From Planctomycetota bacterium (GTDB lineage: Bacteria > Planctomycetota > UBA8108 > SXIK01): 64,000 nt of DNA. A model generated the notes under the pieces. That model saw only the letters and a list, made by a program, of their open reading frames with translations. It made no database searches and had not been told where the DNA came from. The position numbers and the translations under genes are program-made. Of this stretch, positions 30,590 to 41,429 are shown in pieces; position 1 is the first letter of the stretch, and each line of letters opens with the position of its first letter. The DNA is taken from positions 544,001 to 608,000 of the forward strand of contig OZ244999.1 in the NCBI GenBank assembly GCA_965223265.1, written 5' to 3'.

Positions 30590-31225
30590 ATGAGAGGCGT
30601 CATGAAATCGTCGACAGCTTTGAAACTTCTGCTGCGTCGCAGCCTGTCGCGTCTTGCGCTCTACGGGCTTCTGCCACTGGTCCTCGCCGGCATCGGTTAC
30701 GGGTGGTGGGTTTGGACACGGCTGGATCGTCAAGTCGCCGCAGATGACGTCGCCGCACTGAGTGTTTCGTGGCGACTGGTGCCGCCCGAGTCGAGTCAAG
30801 TCGACACCAGCTTACCTCGAGTTGTTCGCGCCATCGTTCAGCGGACAGATGGTGGACAGAATTGGCTGCACGTCGACGGCTTTGGGTTGGCTCATGGCGT
30901 CTACGATTGGAACTTCAGCCAGCAGGCGTGGCAGGTCGTCAGGCCCACCGGCGCGATGGAGCGGACAGCGCTCGAGCTCAAGCTTGTCGCCCCGCAGCCT
31001 GTTCCTCGACTGCTTGGGATTCTGCGCGACGAAGACCCACTGCGGCGGGAGGTCGCAGTCGTCGCGCTTCGAGAGCGCACGAAGCAGATGTTCGGCTTCG
31101 ATCCGAACGGTTCGGCCGGCGATCGAGAGGCTGCGGTTGCGCGGTGGGATGCCTGGTGGGAGGAGAATCGGATCGAATATGGCGCTCGCCGTGCCGTCGA
31201 AATCTTTGACGACATCGTCAAGTAA
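30590..31225 (+). CDS. Hypothetical membrane-anchored protein with C-terminal HEAT-like motif
   Basis: N-terminal TM segment; [16 protein letters not shown]...FGFDP...[12 protein letters not shown]. Confidence 0.65.
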   Translation: MRGVMKSSTALKLLLRRSLSRLALYGLLPLVLAGIGYGWWVWTRLDRQVAADDVAALSVSWRLVPPESSQVDTSLPRVVRAIVQRTDGGQNWLHVDGFGLAHGVYDWNFSQQAWQVVRPTGAMERTALELKLVAPQPVPRLLGILRDEDPLRREVAVVALRERTKQMFGFDPNGSAGDREAAVARWDAWWEENRIEYGARRAVEIFDDIVK

Positions 31226-31362
31226 CGTCAGGTAACGCGCTGTCCGGCGGAATCGTGTCGACACGCAACGATCGGTGGTTACAATGGCGATCTTTTACGG
31301 CAGGGTCCGTTGTTCTTGCCGCAGATTCTCGATTCTTTCATAGGGTTCGTAGGAGGCCGCTT

Positions 31363-31578
31363 TTGCCGAAGGACGACATGATCACCATGGAGGGGACGGT
31401 GGTCGCCGCTCTTCCCAATACGACGTTTACCGTCGAGCTCGAGAATGGACACCAGATTCTCGCGCACGTCGCTGGGCGTCTTCGGAAGCACTACATCCGC
31501 ATCCTTCCGGGCGATAAGGTGCGGGTTGATATTTCCCCATACGATTTGACGAAGGGGCGGATCACGTACCGGTTGTAG
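31363..31578 (+). CDS. infA: Translation initiation factor IF-1
   Basis: [55 protein letters not shown]; AGGAGG RBS, TTG start. Confidence 0.97.
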   Translation: MPKDDMITMEGTVVAALPNTTFTVELENGHQILAHVAGRLRKHYIRILPGDKVRVDISPYDLTKGRITYRL

Positions 31579-31691
31579 CGCCAGACGTGAGACGTTGAGT
31601 GACCTGCCGGTGGTGGTGCCAGACGGTGAATTGGCACGCTCATCTGGCACTCTGATGAGCACTCCGATGAGCACTCCGATCGTCTCGTGCA

Positions 31692-33398
31692 TCACATGCG
31701 GTCGAGCGCACGGATGCCGAGAATCGTCAGGCCACTCTTCAGGACCTGCTTGACGACACAGAAAAGTAGGAGTCGAGCCTCTGCAGTCGCGGGTTCTGCG
31801 TCCTTCACCCGCAGAGCGCGGTAGCTCGAATGAAGCGCACGGGCGAGCTCGAGCAGGTATCCCGCCAGCACGGACGGCTCGTAGAGGCGTGCAGTGTCCA
31901 TGAGCACTGCCGGGTACCGTGCCACCAGGCTCACGAGTTGATGCGACTCCGGCTCGACGAGGAGCGACAGGTCGGCCTCTGGGTTGAGTTCGATCCCGCA
32001 GCGGCGAACAATGCCAGCAATGCGCGCATGAGCATTCAGTAGATAGGGGCCGGTATCGCCTTCGAACGAGATCGCCGTGTCCCAGTCGAAGTTGTAGTCT
32101 TTGATCCGCTGTTTCGACAGGTCGGAGAAAAAGATTGCAGCGACACCAACAGCCTCGGCGACATCCTGCTCTTCGTCCTGCGACAGCTCCGGGCGCTTGC
32201 CTATGTTCTCGTGCATGTACTTGAGGGCCCGATCCCTCGCTTCATTGAGGAACTCTTCCAAGTAGATCGCGTTGCCTTTGCGTGTCGACATGCCGTGGAC
32301 AAGGCCGAAGTTTACGTGCACGCAGGTGCTGTACCAGTCGTGTCCCATGAGCTTGAGCACAGCGAAGAGCTGACGGAAGTGGAGCGACTGAGCGGTGCCA
32401 ACGACGTAGATCATTTGGTCGCAATGATAGGTGTCGTGGCGGTACTTGGCCGCGGCGACGTCGCGTGTAAGGTAGAGGGTTGCGCCGTCCGCTTTCTTGA
32501 GGAGCGCCGGAGTCTCTATGCCTTCGCCGTTGAGATCGATCACTAGCGCGCCGTCAGAAATTGACGTCAACCCTTTCGCCGCCGCTTCCTCGACGACAGC
32601 TTCCATCTTGTCATTGAAAAACGATTCGCCAACGTACGAATCGAATTCGATGCCGAGCCGATCGTAAACCCTCTGCAAGTAACGTAGGCTCGTCTCCCGA
32701 ATGGTGCGCCACAGCTCCAGTGCTTCTTCGTCACCCGCTTCCTGACGTCGAAACCATTCGCGTGCTTCTTCCGTCAGCTCCGGGGCGTTTTCTTCCTCCT
32801 GGTGGTACTTGACGTAGAGCTGGTTGAGCGCGACGAGATCGTTGACGTCGTCGGGCTTGCCGAACCGTTTGAGCCCAACGATCTGTTTGCCGAACTGCGT
32901 TCCCCAATCACCGAGGTGGTTGATTCCGACGACGTTGTAGCCGAGCGCCTTGAACACACGGTAGAGCGCGCTGCCGATGATCGTCGTGCGAAGGTGGCCG
33001 ACATGAAATGGTTTGGCGATATTGGGTGACGAGTAGTCGATGACGATGGTTTTGCCGGCGCCGACGTTGGAACGACCGTAATCTTCACACTCGTGTTGGG
33101 CGCTTTTGAGTACGGTCGCAGCAAAGAGATCGCGTTTGACCGCGAGATTCAGGTAGGGGCCAGTCGCCGTGGCGCGATGGAGAAGTTTGAGATCGTCGCT
33201 GACTCCAGCAGCGAGCTCCGCTGCGATCGCGGGTGGCGCTTTTTTGAGCTTCTTCGCGAGAACGAAGCAAGGGAATGCGAAATCGCCTAGCTCAGGCTTC
33301 GGCGGTGTCGTCAGTGAACGATCGACGACCTCGGGTTCGACGTCTCCGTGTTTGGCAATCACCGCGATGGCTTCGTCGCGGAAATCAGAAGTCTTCAC
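31692..33398 (-). CDS. argS: Arginine--tRNA ligase
   Basis: DYSSPNIAKPFHVGHLR (HIGH), NHLGDWGTQFG, MSTRKG, FEGDTGPYL. GTG start at 33398 after AGGAAG. Confidence 0.96.
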   Translation of the reverse strand: MKTSDFRDEAIAVIAKHGDVEPEVVDRSLTTPPKPELGDFAFPCFVLAKKLKKAPPAIAAELAAGVSDDLKLLHRATATGPYLNLAVKRDLFAATVLKSAQHECEDYGRSNVGAGKTIVIDYSSPNIAKPFHVGHLRTTIIGSALYRVFKALGYNVVGINHLGDWGTQFGKQIVGLKRFGKPDDVNDLVALNQLYVKYHQEEENAPELTEEAREWFRRQEAGDEEALELWRTIRETSLRYLQRVYDRLGIEFDSYVGESFFNDKMEAVVEEAAAKGLTSISDGALVIDLNGEGIETPALLKKADGATLYLTRDVAAAKYRHDTYHCDQMIYVVGTAQSLHFRQLFAVLKLMGHDWYSTCVHVNFGLVHGMSTRKGNAIYLEEFLNEARDRALKYMHENIGKRPELSQDEEQDVAEAVGVAAIFFSDLSKQRIKDYNFDWDTAISFEGDTGPYLLNAHARIAGIVRRCGIELNPEADLSLLVEPESHQLVSLVARYPAVLMDTARLYEPSVLAGYLLELARALHSSYRALRVKDAEPATAEARLLLFCVVKQVLKSGLTILGIRALDRM

Positions 33399-33532
33399 GG
33401 CTTCCTGGCTCCTCTGAGTAACGTCGGTTGCAGACGGTACTGCGGGTCGATCGCATCTTCGTCCGATTCGTGTCACGTAGGGCGCGGGCGTGCGACGCGG
33501 TGATCGCCAACCGCGCGCCGGGAACGGCTTCA

Positions 33533-34582
33533 CTACAGCGCGTCAACGACCATGTCACCAACCTCTATGGTCGAATATCCCATACGCCCTGCGCTCATGC
33601 TATCGAGTTTCTTGACGACTGTCATGATCGCGTTTTCGACGTCGTCGGCAGCTTTCTCTTGCTTCGCGGTGTATCGCAGTAGCATCGCCAATGCCCCAAT
33701 GGCAGCGAGAGGATTGATCACATGCTGGCCGGTGTACTTCGGCGCAGATCCTCCGATCGGCTCGTACATGCTGACGCCGCCGGGGTTGATGTTGCCGCCC
33801 GCAGCGATGCCCATGCCGCCCTGAATCATGGCGCCGAGGTCTGTGATGATGTCGCCGAACATGTTTGTAGTGACGATGACATCGTAGAACTCGGGGTTCT
33901 TGACCATCCACATGCAGCAGGCATCGACGTGGTTGTAGTCGATCGTGACGTCAGGGTATTCCTTGGCGACTTCGTTGAAGACGCGCCACCATAGATCGTG
34001 GGCGAACGTGAGCACGTTGGTCTTGGCGACCAGCGTCAGTTGTTTCTTGCGTCCACGTTTCTGCGTCAAGTCAAAGGCATAGCGACAGCAGCGTTCGACA
34101 CCCTGTCGTGTCGCGACCATGAGCTGTGTGGCGACTTCGTTGGCTGTATTCTTGTGTGTGAATCCACCGGATCCGACGTACAGGTCTTCTGTGTTCTCGC
34201 GTACGATCACGAAGTCGATGTCGTCGGGCCCTTTGTCCTTCAGGGGGCAGTCGACGCCTTCATACAGCTTGACGGGCCGCAAGTTGATGTATTGGTCAAG
34301 CTCAAAGCGCAGCTGGAGGAGGAGACCTTTTTCCAGAATGCCCGGCGCGACATCTGGGTGTCCAATGGCGCCGAGAAAAATGCCGTCAAACTTTCGCAGT
34401 TCATCGACGGCCCCGTCAGGCAGGACTTCTCCTGTTTTCAAGTAACGATCGCCGCCGAAGTCGAACTCCTTGGTGGAATACTCGAACGAGTGTTTCTTCG
34501 CGACGGCTTCAAGAACTTTGATGCCTTCGTCGACAACTTCGGGCCCCGTTCCGTCACCGGGGAGAATCGCTAGATTGAGCAC
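33533..34582 (-). CDS. leuB: 3-isopropylmalate dehydrogenase
   Basis: PGDGTGPEV, GILEKGLLLQLRFELDQYINLRP, VRENTE, NMFGDIITD, EPIGGSAP; AAAGGAG RBS. Confidence 0.88.
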   Translation of the reverse strand: MLNLAILPGDGTGPEVVDEGIKVLEAVAKKHSFEYSTKEFDFGGDRYLKTGEVLPDGAVDELRKFDGIFLGAIGHPDVAPGILEKGLLLQLRFELDQYINLRPVKLYEGVDCPLKDKGPDDIDFVIVRENTEDLYVGSGGFTHKNTANEVATQLMVATRQGVERCCRYAFDLTQKRGRKKQLTLVAKTNVLTFAHDLWWRVFNEVAKEYPDVTIDYNHVDACCMWMVKNPEFYDVIVTTNMFGDIITDLGAMIQGGMGIAAGGNINPGGVSMYEPIGGSAPKYTGQHVINPLAAIGALAMLLRYTAKQEKAADDVENAIMTVVKKLDSMSAGRMGYSTIEVGDMVVDAL

Positions 34583-34817
34583 GCACGGCTCCTTTCTCAG
34601 TTCGCATTCGGTCAGATGGTGGGCTCAGCCGTCGTCTGCGCGGCCGTCGCTATCCCAAGAGGCACGTCTTTGGTTCGCGTCCTCGTGCCCCGGACGACTT
34701 TCGGCTGCATGACCGCCGCTGCTCCGCTCGACGCGGAAGACACCGAGAATAGCAAACGCGTGAGGCGGCCGCAACGACCAAGACGCCGGTGTGCGCTTGA
34801 TCGGCCGCGTGCGGTAT

Positions 34818-35597
34818 CTACAGGACGCGCATGTGGAAGCCGCCGTCCAAATCGATGACCGCGCCGCAGGCGAAATCGAAGTCGCCGCTGGCGATCGCCC
34901 GCACGGCGCGCGCGATGTCGCTGGGTTCACCCCAGCGCCGCAGCGGCGTGAGGCCGTCCGCGATGAGTCGATCATACTTGCTTTCCACCGGCGCGGTCAT
35001 GTCGGTGCGAATGATGCCGGGGCGGATCTCGTTGACCGAGATGTTCTCCGTGGCCAGCCGCACAGCGAACAGACGGTTCATCATTCCCAGTCCCGCCTTG
35101 GCGACGCAGTAAGCTGCTCGCTGCACGGTGGGCGAGTATTCAGAGACGCTGGAGATGTTGATGATGCCAAGACGTCGATCAGGTGCTTGTTTCCGAATCT
35201 CGAGCATCCATTTGGCGATTGCCTGCGTGAGAAAGAAGGCGCCGCGAAGGTTCGTATCAAACGTGTCGTCAAATTCAGCTTCACTGAGCTCGAGAAGATC
35301 TTTGCGCACCTTGGGCGCGGCACCAGCATTGTTGACAAGTAAATCGACGCTGTCGAACTGCTGGCGCAGGTTGCGGGTCAACTCCTCGCGTTCAGATGCG
35401 TCTGCTAAGTCAGCTCGGAACACTGCGGCTCTCCGGCCGAGGGCCTCGATTTGGCCCGCAACCTCTTTCGCTGCAGCGACGTTGCCGCGGCAGTGAACCG
35501 CGACGTCATGACCTGCCCGCGCCAGCTCGAGGGCGATCGCGCGGCCGATGCCGCGAGACGAACCCGTAACGAGGGCGACGCTAGGACTGCCTGCCAT
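34818..35597 (-). CDS. Short-chain dehydrogenase/reductase (FabG-like)
   Basis: TGSSRGIG, LVNNAG, YCVAK (YxxxK), IRPGIIRT, DGG. Confidence 0.92.
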   Translation of the reverse strand: MAGSPSVALVTGSSRGIGRAIALELARAGHDVAVHCRGNVAAAKEVAGQIEALGRRAAVFRADLADASEREELTRNLRQQFDSVDLLVNNAGAAPKVRKDLLELSEAEFDDTFDTNLRGAFFLTQAIAKWMLEIRKQAPDRRLGIINISSVSEYSPTVQRAAYCVAKAGLGMMNRLFAVRLATENISVNEIRPGIIRTDMTAPVESKYDRLIADGLTPLRRWGEPSDIARAVRAIASGDFDFACGAVIDLDGGFHMRVL

Positions 35598-35716
35598 TCT
35601 TTCAGTGTCCTTGTTGTGAACGTCTCTTCTTCTGAACGGCGAATCGATGGGCCAGCGGAAAAGCCCTCAGCGGCACGTGCCGAGAGCCGTTCAGAGGCGG
35701 ACATAGTATCGAAGCA

Positions 35717-38017
35717 CTACGAAAAATTGTAGGGTCGGCGCTGTCGCCGCAGCGCGTGTCCCCAGAGCCTCAGGACGAAGAGAAGAGCGAGAAACAACAG
35801 CAAGTCCGTTGGCGTACGGTTGCCACTGCCGACTATGGGGAGTGCGCCGCAGCTACTACCGCCACCGCTGGAGCGAAAGATGGTCAATTCGGCATCAGTG
35901 TCAACCGTGCCGCTTGTGTTGGTGAGCGACACCGTGTACGACCCCGTGGGCAAGCCGCCCGGCACCACCGCCACGACTTCGGTGAAGGAGGTTGCTACGA
36001 CCGTGAGGTCGAACGTGCCCATTTCTCCGGCGATGTGGACCGTCTGCGCGCCGGAGAGGTTTTCGCCTAGAAGCCGAATCTCCGCATCCCCGCGGTTGTC
36101 GACAGACGTGGGCTCGATCAGGCCGCTCAGAAGGGGTAAGAGTTCGCGGACCTCTATCTGAACAGGCGCTGCAGCGCTGTCGCCCGCCGTGTTGGAAGCG
36201 ACGACGTCGAAGACTCCGGGAAATGTACCGATAGGTAGCGCGGCTTCGACGATGAACTCGGTATCGCCGCCGGCGGTATTCTCTCTAATCGTGAGCTCGT
36301 CGAGACGAGCCAAGACGGTGCCGTCTTCGACGAGAAGGATCGCCTGCGTGCCGAGAAGATGCTCCCCAGCGACGGAGAGAGTGTGCTGCACGTTGTTCGT
36401 GAACAGAAGCGGTGTGACATCGAAAACAATCGGCGGAGGCTCGGTGATGAGAAACGTGATTGCGTCTTCGCTAAGTCCCCAACGATTCTTGGCGATGATT
36501 CGGTATTCCCCTGGAATATGAAGTCGCGAGACAATCCCCGTGATCGTCGTCAGGTCGACTCGCCGAGGGTCCTCGAGGACGAACGTCTCCGGTCCTTCGA
36601 GATCGAGCCGAGTCACCTCTTCGAAATTGAATCCTGAGATGACGATCCCCGTGTTTGTTGTGTAGAGACCGCGCGACGGCTCGACGTCCGTCAGGCGGGG
36701 AATCAGGCCGTTGAACAAGAAGTCGATGTCGGTGTGCTCTGCGCCTGTCGTGATCAGAATCGCTTCCGAATCGTCCCGGTCGTCTGGCGGTTCCTCCGTT
36801 GATTCCGAAGCGCCGTTCCAGAATTCCAGCAGCCCGACCCTATCGGTGACGTCGAGGTCCAATGGTGGGTCGAGCGGCCCGACGCTCGATCCGTTGTCGA
36901 AGTTAGAATCGACCTCTTCGATGTAGAGGATATACTCTGCGCCCGGCGTCAATCCTGACAGCTCGTAGAACCCTCTCAGATTCTCCGGCAAGAATCCATT
37001 GTCGGGGCTCGCAAGCTGTCCTGAGACGAACGACAGCGCGTCTTCGGTTGGATCGAGAACGTTGCGTGCGACGACGTTCACACCTTGAATTGGAGTGACG
37101 CCGTCGATGTCGAACACACGTCCGCTGATGCGTCCCATGGCGTTGAAGCTCGCGTGCGGGTAGAGCGACGAAACCGCGGCGGCGTCGTCGCGGTGTAGGC
37201 TCGCCATCGGATGAGGGACAACACTGCGACCAAGAAGCACGGGAAACATCGTCGTGATGCGACTCAAGGTACCTCGATTGGTGAAACCCGGCACGGGCGC
37301 GCCAAGATGGACTCCGTTGATCTGTGAATGGTCAAGATTCAAGAAGTGACCGAGCTCGTGCGTGAACGTCGCGCGCAAGACTTCGGCATCACCGGCATCG
37401 ATTCCGTCACCGTTGAATACAGCGTAGCCTTTCAGAATCGTATTCGTCGCCGGATTGATGAGACTTGGACCGGCGATGCCGAGAACGCCGCTATCGGGGC
37501 CGAAAATCGCATCGAAGATGGCGCCTGAGGAATCGAAGATGATCGGATTCGTGCCGTCGTTGGCAGTGATCAACTGATCGAACTGCAGCTCGGAGAGGTT
37601 CTCGATGTCACTTCCCAGCGGATCGGCGATCGAGAGGAGCAGTCTTGATGTTTCGACGGCATTCCACTGCCGGACGGCGTGGTCGAGAATGTCCGTGGGG
37701 TTCGCCAAGGTGCCCAGGCCGCCGCGATCGGGGTGTATTCTGAGCACAGCATCGGCGTTCCAGCGCAGCGGCGTGCCATCCGCTGCGACGAGGAGGGGTC
37801 CCCCTGCGTCGAGGCGAGCAGGGGCGGCCAACGCCGCAGCGACCGCTGCCACGAACGCTAACAGCACCATCCAGTGGTGGGAAAATCTGGCGACCAGGAA
37901 CGGCGCCTTGTCCTCCGAGCAAAGCGAGTCCTTGCCGTCCTCTTTCACCGAGAGTGAAGAGGGCATGTACCCGCCTTCCGTAGACACCAGAAGCGGAGGC
38001 ATTGATCGGCAGCTCAT
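35717..38017 (-). CDS. Matrixin-like zinc metallopeptidase with IPT/TIG-like repeats and a C-terminal Gly-rich Cys/TM/basic sorting signal
   Basis: HELGHFLNLDH (HExxHxxxxxH), Met-turn TTMFP, three Ig-like repeats, SSGGGSSCG + TM + RRQRR tail. Alternative start at 37870 gives a cleaner signal peptide. Confidence 0.82.
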   Translation of the reverse strand: MSCRSMPPLLVSTEGGYMPSSLSVKEDGKDSLCSEDKAPFLVARFSHHWMVLLAFVAAVAAALAAPARLDAGGPLLVAADGTPLRWNADAVLRIHPDRGGLGTLANPTDILDHAVRQWNAVETSRLLLSIADPLGSDIENLSELQFDQLITANDGTNPIIFDSSGAIFDAIFGPDSGVLGIAGPSLINPATNTILKGYAVFNGDGIDAGDAEVLRATFTHELGHFLNLDHSQINGVHLGAPVPGFTNRGTLSRITTMFPVLLGRSVVPHPMASLHRDDAAAVSSLYPHASFNAMGRISGRVFDIDGVTPIQGVNVVARNVLDPTEDALSFVSGQLASPDNGFLPENLRGFYELSGLTPGAEYILYIEEVDSNFDNGSSVGPLDPPLDLDVTDRVGLLEFWNGASESTEEPPDDRDDSEAILITTGAEHTDIDFLFNGLIPRLTDVEPSRGLYTTNTGIVISGFNFEEVTRLDLEGPETFVLEDPRRVDLTTITGIVSRLHIPGEYRIIAKNRWGLSEDAITFLITEPPPIVFDVTPLLFTNNVQHTLSVAGEHLLGTQAILLVEDGTVLARLDELTIRENTAGGDTEFIVEAALPIGTFPGVFDVVASNTAGDSAAAPVQIEVRELLPLLSGLIEPTSVDNRGDAEIRLLGENLSGAQTVHIAGEMGTFDLTVVATSFTEVVAVVPGGLPTGSYTVSLTNTSGTVDTDAELTIFRSSGGGSSCGALPIVGSGNRTPTDLLLFLALLFVLRLWGHALRRQRRPYNFS

Positions 38018-38724
38018 TCCTTCACCTCCCGGCAGAGTGTCAGGAAAGTCTTGAGCTCGATCGACTGCGACTCCGCAAGCGCCGCCGTCAGAGCTGTGCG
38101 GCCCCGAGCTGATAGCTTTTCCGGTGCGACGCGTTCGAACAACTTCGTGGCGTGCGGGTTGACGATTGTGGTGCCGTCCTTCTTGCGATCGACACGAAAA
38201 ACACCTTGCTTGAGCCCGACCGGAGCGCAGAGCTTGAGACTCGACTCGCGCGTCAGAAAAAGTACTAGCTCGTCACCGACCTTGTAACGTGGGAGGCCGA
38301 GTCGCAGCGGTGCGACCACCGTGCCATCCGGTCGCCGCCGACCTTGCGTCGTACCGACGTGTCGAAAGGTGACGCTCTTGAGCAGCTCGCCGCGTTCGTT
38401 TCGGCAACCTCGCGTGGCGTCGATGACATCGAATGTGTACTCAGTGAACGGTAAGCCCGAGTCAGGTGTGACTTCTCGACGCGCGGTGCAGCGGCCGTGC
38501 AGAATGGTCCCCGAGCTGCGCAAAAGGGTTAGGAAGTCGCACCGTCGGACGAGGTCCGCCAGGGCGTGGGATCTATCTGCCAACAAGAGTGTGATTGACA
38601 CGAAAACGATCAGTGTGGGCCGCGTTAACTTCGGACCTCGGCGCACGGCGGACTGTGGCGATGAGCGAAGACGAGAGTGAGGACGCGGCGGTGCGGCGAC
38701 TCCTCGCTGAGACACGAGAGGCAT
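38014..38724 (-). CDS. Secreted hypothetical protein, translationally coupled to the metallopeptidase
   Basis: Signal-peptide-like N-terminus; ILHGRC...FTEYTFDVID...GLPRYKVGDELVLFL...PVGLKQGVFRV; ATGA overlap at 38014-38017. Confidence 0.7.
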   Translation of the reverse strand: MPLVSQRGVAAPPRPHSRLRSSPQSAVRRGPKLTRPTLIVFVSITLLLADRSHALADLVRRCDFLTLLRSSGTILHGRCTARREVTPDSGLPFTEYTFDVIDATRGCRNERGELLKSVTFRHVGTTQGRRRPDGTVVAPLRLGLPRYKVGDELVLFLTRESSLKLCAPVGLKQGVFRVDRKKDGTTIVNPHATKLFERVAPEKLSARGRTALTAALAESQSIELKTFLTLCREVKE

Positions 38725-39063
38725 GACTTGTCTCTCCTGATTGTGCGGCGAAGGTTGGGAGTTTGTCCCGGGTTTCCTTGAGATGCGGCGGCTGGGCCCG
38801 GCGCGAGGCCGAACGCGTGCGCTGCGGGGCTTACAACCGCTGTGGGATCACCGGTTCTCGGGAGTTGGAGAAAGGAATTCCCTATTTTATCCCTAGTTGC
38901 GGTCCAAGTCTCCGCCGCTCTGTCGCGGATCAGCTCCGACAGGTTGGGATGCGGCAATGCTTTACGCTTGCGCGCCGCGAATCGGGTCGATAGGTTCGCT
39001 GGCTGCCCGGCCGGCGCGCGTCTGGCATGGACCGAAGTCAAGTAGAAGAGGAGGCTCAATAGA

Positions 39064-40572
39064 GTGGCCGAGAAGAGCGGTGAGATCGTCCGAGTGCGCT
39101 TCGCGCCATCGCCCACCGGCTACCTTCACATCGGTGGAGCGCGAACCGCACTCTTCAACTACCTGTTCGCTCGTCAGCATGGCGGTGTGTTCGTCCTGCG
39201 CATCGAAGATACCGATCGCGCCCGTTCGACGCCGGAGGCGATCCAAGCGATTTTCGATGGGCTCGAGTACCTCGGCCTCGATTTCGATGAGGGTCCCGGA
39301 AAGGATGGCGGTTACGGGCCGTACTTCCAAAGTGAACGCGCGGGCACCTATGCGCCGCTCGTCGAGCGTCTGCTCGCCGCCGGCAAGGTGTATCCTTGCT
39401 TCTGCACTCGCGAGCGCCTGGACGCGCTGCGGGAGAGCCAGCGCGCCGCCAAGGAGCGGATTCTGTACGACCGCGCCTGTCTCGAGCTTGACCGAGCGGT
39501 CGTAGCGGACCGCGTCGCCGCCGGTGATCCGTACGTGCTGCGCTTTCACGTCCCGGAGGGCGAAACGGTCGTCGACGACATGATCCGTGGCCGCGTCGTG
39601 ACTCACAACAGCGAGATCGAGGACTTCATCGTCTGCCGTTCCGACGGCTCCGTGGTCTACAACTTCGCGGTCGTTGGTGACGATCACGGCATGCGCATCA
39701 CACACGTCATCCGTGGTGAAGACCATCTCTCCAACACCGCGAAGCAGATCCTACTCTTCGAGGCCCTTGATCTCGAGCTGCCCCGCTTCGCCCACATCCC
39801 GCTGATTCTCGCGCCTGGTGGTGGCAAGCTCTCGAAACGCCATGGCGCGGTGTCGGTGACGGAGTATGCGCAGCTGGGGTATCTTCCCGCAGCGATGAAC
39901 AATTTTCTGGCGCGCATGGGTTGGTCGTTTGACGACAAGCAGGAAATCTTTTCCATGGGTGAGCTCGTCGAGAAGTTCTCGCTGCGGGGGGTGTCGAAGT
40001 CCGGAGCGATGTATGACCTCAAGAAGCTGCAGCACCTCGGCGGCCATCACCTTCGCGAGGCGTCGACTGATGACGTCGTCGCTCAGGCTCTGTCTTTTTT
40101 GACCTCCGCGGGGCTGCTCTCGCCGCAGGACGTTGAGCGCGATCGAGATCGACTGCGTGCGATGATCGAGCTTGAGCAACCTCGGATGGAGCATCTCAGC
40201 CAAATCGTCGACAAAGTGTCTTACTATTTTGCCCCGCAGGTCACGTTGGAAACTGGTGGCCGCAAGGTCCTGCGCAAAAAGAAAGACTCTGCCGATCTGG
40301 TCGCGCGCTACGCGGATGCACTCGAGTCAGACGTGCCTGCGGTGGAATGGAAGCTCGGCTCGGCAGAGCGTCTCGAGGCACACGCGCGGGAGTTCATTGA
40401 GGCTGAAGGTGTGGGGCTGGGGGATTTGGCGCAGCCGGTGCGGGCGCTCCTCACAGGGCGCAGCGCCACGCCGAGTCTCTTCGACGTCATGCTGATCCTC
40501 GGACCTGCGGCCTGCCTCGAGCGGCTCCGACGTGGCCCCGAGCTCTTTCGCGAGGCCGGCGAGTCGTCCTGA
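39064..40572 (+). CDS. gltX: Glutamate--tRNA ligase
   Basis: VRFAPSPTGYLHIGGARTALFN, RIEDTD, IRGEDH, KLSKR. Confidence 0.97.
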   Translation: MAEKSGEIVRVRFAPSPTGYLHIGGARTALFNYLFARQHGGVFVLRIEDTDRARSTPEAIQAIFDGLEYLGLDFDEGPGKDGGYGPYFQSERAGTYAPLVERLLAAGKVYPCFCTRERLDALRESQRAAKERILYDRACLELDRAVVADRVAAGDPYVLRFHVPEGETVVDDMIRGRVVTHNSEIEDFIVCRSDGSVVYNFAVVGDDHGMRITHVIRGEDHLSNTAKQILLFEALDLELPRFAHIPLILAPGGGKLSKRHGAVSVTEYAQLGYLPAAMNNFLARMGWSFDDKQEIFSMGELVEKFSLRGVSKSGAMYDLKKLQHLGGHHLREASTDDVVAQALSFLTSAGLLSPQDVERDRDRLRAMIELEQPRMEHLSQIVDKVSYYFAPQVTLETGGRKVLRKKKDSADLVARYADALESDVPAVEWKLGSAERLEAHAREFIEAEGVGLGDLAQPVRALLTGRSATPSLFDVMLILGPAACLERLRRGPELFREAGESS

Positions 40573-40607
40573 ACCGTGCCGGGTCGCGTCACTAAGATGC
40601 CGGTGAA

Positions 40608-41363
40608 TTGGAAGTGAAACTCACCTACTTGCAGCCGCTCTTTCCCGCGATCGTTTGCGCGCTTCTTTTCTTCTGCGCGCGTGAGTGGAAACGGCGTGAG
40701 CGCAAACCGCGGGCACTCACCGCCTTTGTCGTGCTCGTCTTCTTGGTCTCTTGGATGCCGTCTGCATTCCTGGCTTCGAAGTCGCTCGAGGTGTGGTATG
40801 AGCCGGTCCCGCCGCGCGCGCAAGACGCGCAAGGCGTCGGCGCTATCGTTGTGCTCTCGGGAAGCGTTCAACACGCGGTCGAGAGCCGGCCCTACTGGTC
40901 TCTTGGCTTTTCAACGGCCGTGCGATGCCGCTACGCGCTCTACCTTCACCGCAGATTTCCGGATCTGCCCATCCTCGCTTGCGGTGGGGTGTCGAACCCA
41001 CGGTCAAGCGCCAGCGTCATGCGCGACTATCTGATGAACGCCGGCGTCAGCTCCGGAGAGATCTGGCTTGAGGAGCGTTCCACGTCGACACACGAGAACG
41101 CGCTCGAAGCAGCGGGGATTCTTCGCCAGCGTGGTGTCGAGCGCATCTTCCTCGTCACGCAGGCGTATCACATGCTGCGCTCGGAGCTTTGCTTTCGTCG
41201 CCAGGGGATCGAGGTGGTGCCGGTTCCGTGCGACTTTCGTGCCGCGGGATTCGACTTTCGCATGGCGTCGTTTCTACCGCGTGCGCGGGCGATCGAGGAG
41301 CACGAGAACGCGCTGCACGAGTGGGTCGGGCTTCTTTGGTATTGGATCCGCGACCGCATTTGA
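40608..41363 (+). CDS. YdcF/ElyC family protein (DUF218)
   Basis: AIVVLSG, CGG, EERSTSTHENA, LVTQAYHMLRS, HEWVG. Confidence 0.88.
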   Translation: MEVKLTYLQPLFPAIVCALLFFCAREWKRRERKPRALTAFVVLVFLVSWMPSAFLASKSLEVWYEPVPPRAQDAQGVGAIVVLSGSVQHAVESRPYWSLGFSTAVRCRYALYLHRRFPDLPILACGGVSNPRSSASVMRDYLMNAGVSSGEIWLEERSTSTHENALEAAGILRQRGVERIFLVTQAYHMLRSELCFRRQGIEVVPVPCDFRAAGFDFRMASFLPRARAIEEHENALHEWVGLLWYWIRDRI

Positions 41364-41429
41364 CGGTCGGTTCTTGTTGGTCTGTCCTGACCGCCGCTCT
41401 GATGACCCGCTCCGAGCGCGCATAAAAAA

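Noticed and set aside
31647-31680. Three tandem 12-bp units (GCACTC(T/C)GATGA) between convergent infA and argS
   Set aside because: Short local duplication, possibly part of a terminator region; no evidence of a wider role.
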